Below are positions 9,806 through 19,495 of a stretch of 64,000 bases of DNA, one piece after another. Origin of the DNA: an uncultured Candidatus Saccharibacteria bacterium (GTDB lineage: Bacteria; Patescibacteriota; Andersenbacteria; UBA10190); assembly GCA_964610055.1 (NCBI GenBank), contig CAZSUC010000002.1, positions 82,283-146,282 of the forward strand, read 5' to 3'. Under the pieces are notes generated by a model, which did no database searches, was not told the DNA's origin, and worked only from the letters and a program-made list of their open reading frames with translations. Position numbers and translations under genes: made by a program. The stretch's first letter is position 1. Each line of letters begins with the position of its first letter.

Positions 9806-11294
9806 TGAAAGTCGGACTAATGGGTTAACGCTGATCGAGGTTCTGTTAGCCACGGTTATTATTGGGATTATTGCGGTAGGAGCGTCAAATTTATTTTTGC
9901 TATCTATGCGGAGTTCACAGGAGGCGGAACGAAGAGTGGTGGCGATTGCGTTAGCAAATGAACGAATGGAAATGATTAGAAATTTGCCGTATGAGAACGT
10001 CGGTACGATAGGTGGGATACCGTCAGGCGCAATTGCGCAGGCAGAGACTATCACAAGAAACTCAATCAATTATGAAGTCAAAACAGAGGTGCGATATGTA
10101 GATGACGTATATGATGGTTCGGCGAGTGGGTCAACGGAAGAGGAGGATTTTATTATAATTTGTCATATTCCACCTGGACATCCGGAAAATCAGACGACAA
10201 TTAGAGTCGCAGCTTCAGCGTTGGATGCTCATTTAGCGCATGGTGATTACACGGGAGCCTGTGGCTCTGGCGGCGGTGATGGTACTGATGAAGGAGATGA
10301 TTATAACGGAGATTATAAATTGGCGCGGGTTGAGGTTGATTGGGCGAGCCAGTATGAGACTCAACCCGTACTTTTAATGACTTATATTGCACCAAAAGGA
10401 ATTGAGGGAGGTAGTCTAAGCGGAACATTAGACTTACAGATTGCATCAGCCGAAGGAGTGGGGATTGCGGAAGCAGATGTAGAGATTATTAGCGATCAAA
10501 CTGATCCGACAATTGATATTACAACCGAAACAAATGCGGAGGGGCGAGTAGTTATGCCTGGTTTTCCGGAAATGGCAGAAGCGTACCAAGTAATAGTGCA
10601 CAAGGACGGATATACGAGCGAACAAACTTATGCTGCAACTGATGATTTTTTACCTGATGCCGAACATACAAATTTGACGATGTTGGTGCAGCAAGTGACT
10701 TCTAAGTTGCTATTTATTGATTTGGTGGCACAAGTTGAATTAAAAACAGTTGACGCTGAGGGAGTAGTGATTGGAAATGTGCCGTATCATTGGCAAGGCG
10801 AGAAAACAATTGGACAAAATATTGATGAAGAGGGAAATACGACCGATGTGTATAAATTTGATCAAGATGGAACCACGGATCAGGCTGGCATAGCTTCTTT
10901 AGAAGACTTGGAGTGGGATACATATTCTATGTCCATTCCAGCCGAGAGTGGTTATATCGTAAAAGAATATTGGCCAGTGCATCCGTTTCAGATTGATCCG
11001 GGAACAGATACCGATGTAGAAGTAGTGTTAGTGCCGTATACGGATTATTCAGTGCAAGTAACAGTATTAGATTTGACGGGGGTGCCAGTGGATAATGCAA
11101 CGGTTCGTTTGGAAAAGGATGGCTTTAGCGAAGAGAATGGGACGGGTGTACGAGGTCAAGTTATATTTACTGATTTGCCTGAATTAGGAAACTATGACTT
11201 GTTTGTCGATGTGGGCAACTATGAGACTTATTCGCAAACAGTTCAAGTGTCAGGCAATGAAACGGTACAGGTATCATTAACTCCAGTAGTCTAA
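9795..11294 (+). CDS. Large minor pilin (PilV-like) with prepilin cleavage site, inserted Cys/His module and C-terminal carboxypeptidase-regulatory-like beta domains
   Basis: Class III signal G|LTLIEVLLATVII with E5; start placed at ATG 9795, overlapping the pilC 3' end. Confidence 0.82.
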   Translation: MLFNESRTNGLTLIEVLLATVIIGIIAVGASNLFLLSMRSSQEAERRVVAIALANERMEMIRNLPYENVGTIGGIPSGAIAQAETITRNSINYEVKTEVRYVDDVYDGSASGSTEEEDFIIICHIPPGHPENQTTIRVAASALDAHLAHGDYTGACGSGGGDGTDEGDDYNGDYKLARVEVDWASQYETQPVLLMTYIAPKGIEGGSLSGTLDLQIASAEGVGIAEADVEIISDQTDPTIDITTETNAEGRVVMPGFPEMAEAYQVIVHKDGYTSEQTYAATDDFLPDAEHTNLTMLVQQVTSKLLFIDLVAQVELKTVDAEGVVIGNVPYHWQGEKTIGQNIDEEGNTTDVYKFDQDGTTDQAGIASLEDLEWDTYSMSIPAESGYIVKEYWPVHPFQIDPGTDTDVEVVLVPYTDYSVQVTVLDLTGVPVDNATVRLEKDGFSEENGTGVRGQVIFTDLPELGNYDLFVDVGNYETYSQTVQVSGNETVQVSLTPVV

Positions 11295-11297
11295 GGT

Positions 11298-11906
11298 ATG
11301 GAAAAAGGCTTTACAGTTATTGAAGTGGTGGTTGTTTTAGGTATTACTTCGGTTTTGATTACGGCCTTGTTGCGATTTGTAGCAGCTGGGTATCCTTTAT
11401 CGCGAGTGACATATTTGCAGCAGCGCTCAACTGAAACAGCGAGATTGCAATTAAAGCGGATCGCAAAAGCAATTAGAGAAGCGCGTCCATCGGATGCGGG
11501 TGCTTATCCGCTAGTAGAAATGGAGGATCAGAAATTAGTTTTTTATGCTGATGTTGATGACGACGGGGCGACAGAAATGGTGCGATATGAATTAGACGGG
11601 ACAGATTTAATTTATGGGATTATTGAGCCGTCCGGAGATCCGATTGAATATGACCCTGGGAGTGAAATTACGAGAATTGTGACTCATGATGTACGGAATG
11701 GATTTGATCCTATTTTTGTATATTACTCAGGTGATTATCCAGACGATCAAACTCCTCTAACTCCGGTTGATGTAACTGAGGTGAAATATATTCAGTTTGC
11801 ACTGGTAATTGATGTAAATCCGGATGTGGATCCGCAGCCGATTCAGGTTATTTCACAGGTTCAAATTCGAAACTTAAAAGATAATTTAGGCGACACAGTA
11901 GAATAG
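11298..11906 (+). CDS. Minor pilin (PilW/GspJ-like)
   Basis: KG|FTVIEVVVVLGI class III signal with E5. Confidence 0.85.
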   Translation: MEKGFTVIEVVVVLGITSVLITALLRFVAAGYPLSRVTYLQQRSTETARLQLKRIAKAIREARPSDAGAYPLVEMEDQKLVFYADVDDDGATEMVRYELDGTDLIYGIIEPSGDPIEYDPGSEITRIVTHDVRNGFDPIFVYYSGDYPDDQTPLTPVDVTEVKYIQFALVIDVNPDVDPQPIQVISQVQIRNLKDNLGDTVE

Positions 11907-11952
11907 GTGAGCTCTTGTCAGGTGAGTTAAATGGCTTTTAAGATAGAGGGAT

Positions 11953-13320
11953 ATGAAAAAGCCTGATCAAATAATAATTGTGTTTCTGCTAGCGGTGGGG
12001 ATCTTGGTGCATTTTATTGGTTTGAAGTATCCGGACCAGGTTGTCTTTGATGAAGTCCATTTTGGTAAATTTGTCACTGCTTATTGTTGTACGCATCAAA
12101 ATTTTTTTGATATTCATCCACCGCATGCCAAGTTGCTAATTGCAGGGGCGGCTTGGTTGGGTGGCTATCGGGGTGGTTTTTCGTTTGATCATATTGGTCA
12201 GGAATATGCGGAAGTGCCAATTGAAGCGTTAAGATTTATCCCAGCTTTGGCGGGGTCGATTTTAGCAGCAATTATATATGGTTTGTTACGGAAATTAGGA
12301 GTAAGTCGACAATTAGCAGTAATTAGTGGGTTGGCGGTGGTATTAGAGAATGCCACGATAGTGCAGACAAGGATGATTTCGTTGGACGGAGTGTTGTTAG
12401 TCGCTATTTTTGGAAGTCTGAGCTGCTATTTGTCAGCTGAGAAAAATAGTGGTCGGAAGAAATATTACTGGCTAGTAGGGGCGGGCGCTTTAGCCGGCTT
12501 AGCAGTCGGGACTAAATTTACAGGGCTAACAATTGTGGGGTTATTAGGAGTAATGCTTGCGGTTGAGTGGATAAAGCGGATTTATCGAAGAGAAAATTGG
12601 CGCGAAACAATACGCTCAGGGGGAGTGATAGCGATAGCAGCGATCTTAGTTTATTTAACTGGCTGGGTAATTCATTTTAGTTTGTTAGATTTACCGGGTA
12701 GCGGTGACGCGTTTCATAAAACTGATTTTTCTGAGAATGTTGTGATTGATTTTTTCCGCGAAACATACGAATTACATAAGGTTATGCTGTCAGCTAATTA
12801 TGGCTTAAAAGCAACACATGATTATGCGAGTCAGTGGTGGCAGTGGCCAATTATGCAGAGATCGGTGTTTTATTGGCAGAGCGAGGGGCGAATGATTTAT
12901 TTCTTAGGTAACCCAGCTGTTTGGCTAGGCAGCGGTTTATTGTTAGCGGTGGCCATGATTAGTGCGTTGATTTTGTTTGGGCAGAAAATACAGTCTCGCT
13001 GGGTGCAGCAAGCAAAATCGGTCCGAATTTGGATTCCAGTGATTGGTTATTTGATTGGTTATATACCATTGATGCGAGTGCCTAGGTCTTTGTTTTTGTA
13101 TCATTATTTAACTCCCTTATTGTTTGGCATCTTAACAGGAACTATATGGTTAGAGATCGTGACTAAGGACAGTCGGGATAAAAGTTGGTATCAGATTGGA
13201 ACAGGAGTGATTTTTGGCCTAATAGTTTTAGGATTCGTATGGTGGTCACCGTTAACATATGGTTGGCTAGCGCCGGATAATTGGATGAGTAATTTATTTT
13301 GGGTGCCAAGTTGGCGATAA
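11953..13320 (+). CDS. Lipid-carrier-dependent protein O-mannosyltransferase (PMT, GT39 family)
   Basis: VVFDEVHFGKF, FFDIHPPHAKL, HDYASQWWQWP, LGNPAVW and RSLFLYHYL are PMT signature motifs; polytopic. Confidence 0.88.
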   Translation: MKKPDQIIIVFLLAVGILVHFIGLKYPDQVVFDEVHFGKFVTAYCCTHQNFFDIHPPHAKLLIAGAAWLGGYRGGFSFDHIGQEYAEVPIEALRFIPALAGSILAAIIYGLLRKLGVSRQLAVISGLAVVLENATIVQTRMISLDGVLLVAIFGSLSCYLSAEKNSGRKKYYWLVGAGALAGLAVGTKFTGLTIVGLLGVMLAVEWIKRIYRRENWRETIRSGGVIAIAAILVYLTGWVIHFSLLDLPGSGDAFHKTDFSENVVIDFFRETYELHKVMLSANYGLKATHDYASQWWQWPIMQRSVFYWQSEGRMIYFLGNPAVWLGSGLLLAVAMISALILFGQKIQSRWVQQAKSVRIWIPVIGYLIGYIPLMRVPRSLFLYHYLTPLLFGILTGTIWLEIVTKDSRDKSWYQIGTGVIFGLIVLGFVWWSPLTYGWLAPDNWMSNLFWVPSWR

Positions 13321-13343
13321 TTCGGTTGTGATACAATTTAAAT

Positions 13344-14735
13344 ATGGAGGATGTGAGTTGGCGGCTTAATTGGAAGCGACGCGGCAGTTTGTTAGTCATG
13401 ACACTGGTGTTTGTGTCGATGTTTGTTGTGGTCTTTATGGCGTTGGCAGGTATGGTAAATCGAACATATCATGAGAGTGTTTTACAGGCTCAAGATGAAA
13501 CGGCTTTCCAGGTGGCGGAGGCAGGGTTGAATTATGCTCGGTGGCGTTTGGCTCATGATCCTTCAAATTTTGAGGTTGAAACTAAAGAAGTCTCTGATCC
13601 ACAAGCAGGGGTGTTAGGAGAATATCATGTTGAATTTGCAGAACCGCAAGAGGGCAGCACGATCGTGATTATTACATCGGAAGGCACGACTTCAGCGCAG
13701 CCGTCTAGAACCGTAACGTTGCAGGTACGGTATGGAAAAGCATCATTAGCTCAATATGCTTCTATTACAAATGAAGATGTGTGGTATGGCAGTGAGATAA
13801 AAGGGGCAGTTCATTCGAATGGAGGTATTCGGATGGATGGTTATTCGGATGGATTAATGACTAGTGCGAAAGAGACTTATGCATGTCAAACCTATCACGG
13901 ATGTTCTTCTCCTTATGAGACTAAACCGGGTATTTGGGGAGAAGGCGAGCGGTCGGAATTGTGGGAGTTTCCAGTTGTAGCGGTGGATTATAACTCATTA
14001 ACAATGGATTTGCTGGCAATGAAGGAAGCGGCGGTAGAAGCGGATACTTATTATGGATCATCGTCTAAATATGGGTATCAAGTAGTTTTTAATAGTAATA
14101 ATACGATGACGATTAGCAAGGTGACGCGAAAAGGGCAGAATGTGTGGTCGAAAGCACCGGGGGAAAATTATGAATATAGTTCATATGATGTTGGGCAAAC
14201 TCAAGTAATCGAAACAAAAGAAGTAGAAAGTGGGAGTATTTATTTTTTTGAAGATGATGTGTGGGTGTATGGTGAGATTCGAAGTCGGGTGACTATAGCA
14301 GCGGGAGTGTTTCCAGATCGATCTAGTACGAATGCTAGTATTATCTTGAATGGAAATATTACATATGGCGATGTGCATGATGGGTCGCGTGTATTCGCGG
14401 CAGTGGCTCAAAAAGATATATTGATTCCTTGGTCAGGTGCTCCAGATGATATGGTGTTAGAAGGCGCATTCGTGGCGCAGAATGGAGCATTTTATCGGAG
14501 ATATTATTGCCCTGGGTCATGTGGAGCAGATGCACATCGAATTAAAAATAGTTTAACGCGTTATGGCATGATCGCGAGTAATGGCGTTCCGGCAACGGCT
14601 TGGGTGAGCGGAGAGACTTTGTTAAGTGGTTTTCGAGAAGGTTCGGCTGAATATGATCCTAATTTATTGTATGCTCCACCTCCTTATTTTCCGACGAGTG
14701 GAGAATACGAGTTTATTTCTTGGGAAGAAATGTAA
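13344..14735 (+). CDS. PilX-like minor pilin
   Basis: RRG|SLLVMTLVF signal lacking E5, AFQVAEAGL PilX-N motif, C-terminal YDPNLLYAPPPYFP. Confidence 0.82.
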   Translation: MEDVSWRLNWKRRGSLLVMTLVFVSMFVVVFMALAGMVNRTYHESVLQAQDETAFQVAEAGLNYARWRLAHDPSNFEVETKEVSDPQAGVLGEYHVEFAEPQEGSTIVIITSEGTTSAQPSRTVTLQVRYGKASLAQYASITNEDVWYGSEIKGAVHSNGGIRMDGYSDGLMTSAKETYACQTYHGCSSPYETKPGIWGEGERSELWEFPVVAVDYNSLTMDLLAMKEAAVEADTYYGSSSKYGYQVVFNSNNTMTISKVTRKGQNVWSKAPGENYEYSSYDVGQTQVIETKEVESGSIYFFEDDVWVYGEIRSRVTIAAGVFPDRSSTNASIILNGNITYGDVHDGSRVFAAVAQKDILIPWSGAPDDMVLEGAFVAQNGAFYRRYYCPGSCGADAHRIKNSLTRYGMIASNGVPATAWVSGETLLSGFREGSAEYDPNLLYAPPPYFPTSGEYEFISWEEM

Positions 14736-14766
14736 AAAGAGCGGAAATACAGTATGCTAAAGAAGT

Positions 14767-15792
14767 ATGTTGGGCGTAGACATATCTGAGCGTTCGATTA
14801 AAGTTGTACGTTTGAGTAACAGCAAACGACACAAGCTGTTGGCACGAGCGTGGTGTGAAATACCGGCGGAAGCAATTCAGCATGGAGTGATAACCGAGCC
14901 AGATGTAGTGGGTAAGGCTCTGCGTCAAACAATAGAAAAGTGTGGAGTGAGATCAACGCATCAAGATGTAGTGGTGGCGTCTATACCAGAATCAGAATCT
15001 TTTTTAAGTGTAGTAGAAATTCCAGCGATGGATGAACAGGAAGTGTCGGAGGCGGTGCAATGGGAAGTAGCCCAGCATATGCCGTTTGGATTAGAGAATG
15101 TGTATTTAGATTGGCAATGGGTCAGTCCAAAAGGATCCGTAAAAAAGGATCGTCAAGAAGTGCTGGTGGGAGCAGCTGAGAAAAAAGTAGTCGATCCTTT
15201 GGTGGGGTTGTTGAATCGGTTAGGGTATGACGTGGCGGCTTTGGAGTTGGAAAGTCAAGCGATTGTGCGAGCATTGATATCAGAGGATTTATTGGATAAA
15301 CAAGGGCTATTGATGGTTGATTTAGGCGCAACTGTTACTAATGTCGTGGTGCATGACAGAGGAGCGATTCGATTTTCAGCGACGTTGAAGCGGGGAGTGC
15401 AAGCAGCGATGGCAAATTTAAATCCAGAAGAAGAGGGTTTGGTTAAAGATCCATCAGCGAAAACAAGTGAGCAAATTAGTGCTCAGTTAGAAGAGAAATT
15501 ACGTTTTCCGTTAGAGGAAATAGTGGCTGAGGTGCATGGTATTTTGGAATATTACACTGGGTTATCGACCGAGCATCGAGTGAATGAAATCTTGTTGACT
15601 GGTGGTGGAGCAAATTTACCGGGCTTGGATCGGATTTTTCAAAGATTTTTTTCTGATGTTCATTTGAGTCGTGCAAATCCATGGATCAATATTCGTTCTG
15701 CTCAGCAAAATGCAGCTCCGCTGATGAGTTTGTCAGAGTCAGTACATTATTCCACAGCGTTGGGATTGGCGCTGCGGGACGTTGTTTTTTAA
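14767..15792 (+). CDS. pilM: Type IV pilus assembly protein PilM, copy 1
   Basis: GVDISERSIKVV, VDLGATVT, LLTGGGANLPG and ALGLALR actin-like motifs. Confidence 0.88.
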   Translation: MLGVDISERSIKVVRLSNSKRHKLLARAWCEIPAEAIQHGVITEPDVVGKALRQTIEKCGVRSTHQDVVVASIPESESFLSVVEIPAMDEQEVSEAVQWEVAQHMPFGLENVYLDWQWVSPKGSVKKDRQEVLVGAAEKKVVDPLVGLLNRLGYDVAALELESQAIVRALISEDLLDKQGLLMVDLGATVTNVVVHDRGAIRFSATLKRGVQAAMANLNPEEEGLVKDPSAKTSEQISAQLEEKLRFPLEEIVAEVHGILEYYTGLSTEHRVNEILLTGGGANLPGLDRIFQRFFSDVHLSRANPWINIRSAQQNAAPLMSLSESVHYSTALGLALRDVVF

Positions 15793-15805
15793 AGCCGCAG
15801 GTGCT

Positions 15806-16342
15806 ATGAAAGACGAGATTAATTTATTACCGCCACGAGCAGTTGTTACTCGTCGAAAATTAGTAGTTACGAGAAGATTGGCAAAATTAATGCGACGAGT
15901 GTTGATGGGAGAAGCTGTTTTGGCAGTCATGATTATTATTGGCTTAAATGCAAATCAGACTTTAGGAAAGATTGTAGCGCAGCAGTTTTCTGAAAGCAGT
16001 TCGAAACAATCAGAGTTGCAAACTGAGGTGAAACAATTTAATGCGTTGATACGAGATGTAAATAAGTGGCGCTCAAAGTACTCCGCATGGTCGCCGATGA
16101 TCAAAGAAATTCTGAATGCATTGCCGGAAGGAGTGCAAATTAATAGTTTAGCAGCGGGAGAAACGGGACAAATTACGGTTCAAGGCGAGTTTGAAAACGC
16201 AGAACAAATTGTGAGCTATCAGCGTAAACTAGAGCAGATATCAGGGGTGGCAAGAGTAGAAGCGCCACTAAGTAATTACTCAACAGGCAGCAATCAGCAG
16301 TTTAAGTTAATTGTGGTGTCGCAATATGAAAACGAAAAATAA
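15806..16342 (+). CDS. pilN: PilN-like protein, copy 1
   Basis: INLLP PilM-binding motif, TM helix, coiled coil and LPEGVQI; start at ATG 15806. Confidence 0.82.
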   Translation: MKDEINLLPPRAVVTRRKLVVTRRLAKLMRRVLMGEAVLAVMIIIGLNANQTLGKIVAQQFSESSSKQSELQTEVKQFNALIRDVNKWRSKYSAWSPMIKEILNALPEGVQINSLAAGETGQITVQGEFENAEQIVSYQRKLEQISGVARVEAPLSNYSTGSNQQFKLIVVSQYENEK

Positions 16343-16961
16343 GCAGCAATTAAATAGTTGGGCCGGGATAACACTGGGATTAGAAGTGCTGTTGATACTG
16401 GTGCTGGGAGGAGGAATTTGGTGGGGGTATAGCCAGGTGCAAACGAATCGACAAGCATACGCCCTAGGGCGGTATAAGTTGGAGAATTTGCCCAATGATT
16501 TACAAGCATGGTCGAAAGCAAATGCTGAGTTGCATCAGTACGATAGTGATTGGGAGAAGTTGGAGGCTATGCTGATTCCGATTGATAAAGCGGGGGAAAT
16601 TGTGAAGGACTTACAGAATTTAGGAGCAAAACAGCAAATTCAAGTTCAAGTTCCTGAAATCCAAGAATATATTGAGACTGATGAGAATAAACATCAGCTT
16701 AATCAATATACTGGTATGCAGGAAGTGGAGATTTCGTTTAGCGCAGTGGGCAATCCAGATGATTTAATGTTGTATTTACATGATTTAGAAGCTTTGCCGT
16801 ATGCTTTGGCGGTTCGAGAATGGCAGTTGCAAACAGGAACTAATGCAGCACGTGGCACGGTACGCGCGGCACCGGAAGCGTTAGATGGGGATGATAAAGA
16901 GACGGTCCAGCAAACCAGTGTCTTGTCTGGGAAAATTATGGTGTTGTTTGAAGAGGAATAA
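16326..16961 (+). CDS. PilO-like protein, copy 1
   Basis: Follows pilN; TM helix, coiled coil and YLHDLEALPY; start at ATG 16326. Confidence 0.65.
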   Translation: MKTKNKQQLNSWAGITLGLEVLLILVLGGGIWWGYSQVQTNRQAYALGRYKLENLPNDLQAWSKANAELHQYDSDWEKLEAMLIPIDKAGEIVKDLQNLGAKQQIQVQVPEIQEYIETDENKHQLNQYTGMQEVEISFSAVGNPDDLMLYLHDLEALPYALAVREWQLQTGTNAARGTVRAAPEALDGDDKETVQQTSVLSGKIMVLFEEE

Positions 16962-16965
16962 ATAT

Positions 16966-17283
16966 ATGTCCAAGTCCAAAAAACTAAAATGGAATAAAAA
17001 GAAGATTATGAGCCTAACATCGTATCAAGGTTGGGCTTGGCTCTTAACCAAACAAATGACATGGTTTGAGATAGTGGTTTTAATAATCTTTTTGATGTTA
17101 GGTGGTTGGTTGTATATCAAGATGTTTGTGCTATTACCGCAAGTTAACACGGAAACTTCGCAATCTGTTACGAATGTTGATCAAGATGACTTAAAAGCTG
17201 TACAGGATTGGAGCGAGGTAAAAGCTGAACAAAGAGAAGCAGGGGCGGGATTGGTGCGGGGGAAATATTTTATTGGATCATGA
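16966..17283 (+). CDS. Small single-TM protein in the pilP position, copy 1
   Basis: Basic N-terminus and one TM helix; start at ATG 16966; same position as 19485-19802 in the second set. Confidence 0.55.
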   Translation: MSKSKKLKWNKKKIMSLTSYQGWAWLLTKQMTWFEIVVLIIFLMLGGWLYIKMFVLLPQVNTETSQSVTNVDQDDLKAVQDWSEVKAEQREAGAGLVRGKYFIGS

Positions 17284-17297
17284 TGTAAGATGACATT

Positions 17298-18344
17298 ATG
17301 GTAGGGATTGATGTATCGGAAAAATCAATAAAAGTAGTTGAGGTTTCGGATGGCCAAAACCCATCTTTACATACCGTATGTTGGTCGGCCATTAGTAATG
17401 ACATGATCAAAAATGGAGTAGTGCAAGATAAAGAAGAAATGGCACAGGCTTTGTCTTTGGCATTAGGCAAGTGCACGCCTGTACCGGTGACAGGGAAAAG
17501 GGTTGTAGTTTCGATTCCGGAATCACAGTCGTTTGTGCGAGTTCTTGATTTACCACAGATGTCAGATGAAGAAACTGACGAAGCGGTACAGTGGGCTGTG
17601 CGACATCATATTCCGTTTGATTTAGAAAGAGTGTATATAGATTGGCAGCCAGTTGGCATAGGTGGTGCGGATAATAATCGACGACAGATTTTAGTGGGGG
17701 CAGCACAAAGAATCGTTGTGGATCCGTTGTTAGAGGTGCTGGATAGTTTAAAGTTGCAAGTTGAAGCCTTGGAGTTAGAGGCGCAAGCGATTGTGCGGAG
17801 TCTATTGCCTTTTCAGGCTCAGGATGTGCAAGGAGTTTTAATTGTAGATTTAGGAGCGGAAGCGACTAACGTAATTTATTTTGATCAGGGCGCAATGCGT
17901 TTTACTACTAGTATCCGCAAAGGCGGAGAATATCTAACAGAACAGTTGGCTCAAAACTTGCGTATTCAACCCGGTTCGGCGGCTGAGAAAAAAGCATTAG
18001 TAGGAATTACTAGCGCGAGTGCGGATGATGCACAGGTGGCGGCAGTATTGCGAGGAGCGTCATTGGAAATTGTGCAACAAATTGAGCAGGTTGTACGAGA
18101 AGTGGCAGTGCCGGGAGCAAGCGACAGTGGAGTGAGGGCGATAATTTTATCTGGAGGGTCAGCTAATATGCCGGGATTAGTATCGGTTTTTAATGAAGTG
18201 TTTGTGGGGGTACCAACGCAATTAAGTAATCCTCTGATTAATTTAACAAGCGAACGAGGAGCGGTTTTGTCGGGTAATGATGCTGTGCATTTTGCAACGG
18301 CAATTGGGTTGGCTTTGCGCGAAGCATGCGAGGAGGGAAGTTGA
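17298..18344 (+). CDS. pilM: Type IV pilus assembly protein PilM, copy 2
   Basis: GIDVSEKSIKVV, VDLGAEAT, GGEYLT, ILSGGSANMPG and AIGLALR. Confidence 0.9.
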   Translation: MVGIDVSEKSIKVVEVSDGQNPSLHTVCWSAISNDMIKNGVVQDKEEMAQALSLALGKCTPVPVTGKRVVVSIPESQSFVRVLDLPQMSDEETDEAVQWAVRHHIPFDLERVYIDWQPVGIGGADNNRRQILVGAAQRIVVDPLLEVLDSLKLQVEALELEAQAIVRSLLPFQAQDVQGVLIVDLGAEATNVIYFDQGAMRFTTSIRKGGEYLTEQLAQNLRIQPGSAAEKKALVGITSASADDAQVAAVLRGASLEIVQQIEQVVREVAVPGASDSGVRAIILSGGSANMPGLVSVFNEVFVGVPTQLSNPLINLTSERGAVLSGNDAVHFATAIGLALREACEEGS

Positions 18345-18350
18345 TGTTAT

Positions 18351-18929
18351 ATGCGCCAGGTTAATTTATTACCACCAGATAGAAGAACGAGATTAAAGAG
18401 ATTGGAGCTTTGGAAACAGTTGGCTCAGTCGTTGAATAAAACGGGATTAGCACTGTGGTTTATGATGTTTGTAGGCATTATTTTATTGGTATCGTTATGG
18501 ATATTATCAGTGGCAGCGGAAAGCACGACGACAATTGAATTGCAGGCTGAGGTGGCAAATTATAAAAGCATTAGGAAGGAAGTGGCGCAGCAGCGAGCGT
18601 TGCTAGAACAAGTATATGGAGTAGCAGAAAACCGGGTGGTGTGGGCGGATGTTTTTGAGCAGTTATTAAAAACAGTGCCGAGCGGAGTGCAAATGACGGC
18701 ATTCACTGGTCAGTCAGAAATTAGTGATGATGAAACTATGGCGAGCTTAGTGATACGGGGTCAAGCAGTAACACGTAATGTGCTGAAGGCATTTGAAAGT
18801 CGTTTACAAAATATTGTTCTAGTGACAGGCATTGAATCTCCGACCAGTAATTTACTTGATCGGGAGAATCCGACTTTTGAATTAAAACTACTGATCCAAC
18901 CAGCAACAACGGAGGATAATGAAGTATGA
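18351..18929 (+). CDS. pilN: PilN-like protein, copy 2
   Basis: VNLLP motif, TM helix, coiled coil and VPSGVQM. Confidence 0.82.
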   Translation: MRQVNLLPPDRRTRLKRLELWKQLAQSLNKTGLALWFMMFVGIILLVSLWILSVAAESTTTIELQAEVANYKSIRKEVAQQRALLEQVYGVAENRVVWADVFEQLLKTVPSGVQMTAFTGQSEISDDETMASLVIRGQAVTRNVLKAFESRLQNIVLVTGIESPTSNLLDRENPTFELKLLIQPATTEDNEV

Positions 18930-19495
18930 AAAAAGTAACGTCAGAAAAACAGGTTTTTTGGTTAGCGCTAGCGGTAATGTTTGGTTTAGTAGTGGTGCAG
19001 GTGCCAATTTGGTATGGGGTCGGTGTATTTGCTCAAAAATTATTTGACAATCGAATGATAGAACAGCAGCTATGGGTAGTCAGGCAAAGAAATGAGAGTG
19101 CATGGGAGCAGTTAACAGCACAGACGAATTATTTATCTCAATTAGATATGGTGGTGCCGAATATTAGTACGTTGGCACAAGAGATTGAGCGCATGGAACG
19201 TTTAGCGGATGAGGCTGGGATTGTGCTAAATACTAATGAAATTAAGGAAGAGGATTTGGTGGGATCGCAAGCGGGGAGTTTGTTAAAAGTGGCGAATGTG
19301 ACATTGGACTTGGTGGGTGATCCAGAGCAGCTGTTGGTTTTTCTCGGCCAATTAGAGCATTTACAAGAGTTAACTGAAGTAACAGAAATTTCATTGCGAC
19401 AATGGACGAGCGAAGCGCAAGTGACTGAAGATGGACGACAGGCTTATATTTTATCAGTACGAGTTAAGTTTTATATGCAAAATAATGGCGAATAA
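18926..19495 (+). CDS. PilO-like protein, copy 2
   Basis: ATGA overlap with pilN; TM helix, coiled coil and FLGQLEHL. Confidence 0.65.
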   Translation: MKKVTSEKQVFWLALAVMFGLVVVQVPIWYGVGVFAQKLFDNRMIEQQLWVVRQRNESAWEQLTAQTNYLSQLDMVVPNISTLAQEIERMERLADEAGIVLNTNEIKEEDLVGSQAGSLLKVANVTLDLVGDPEQLLVFLGQLEHLQELTEVTEISLRQWTSEAQVTEDGRQAYILSVRVKFYMQNNGE

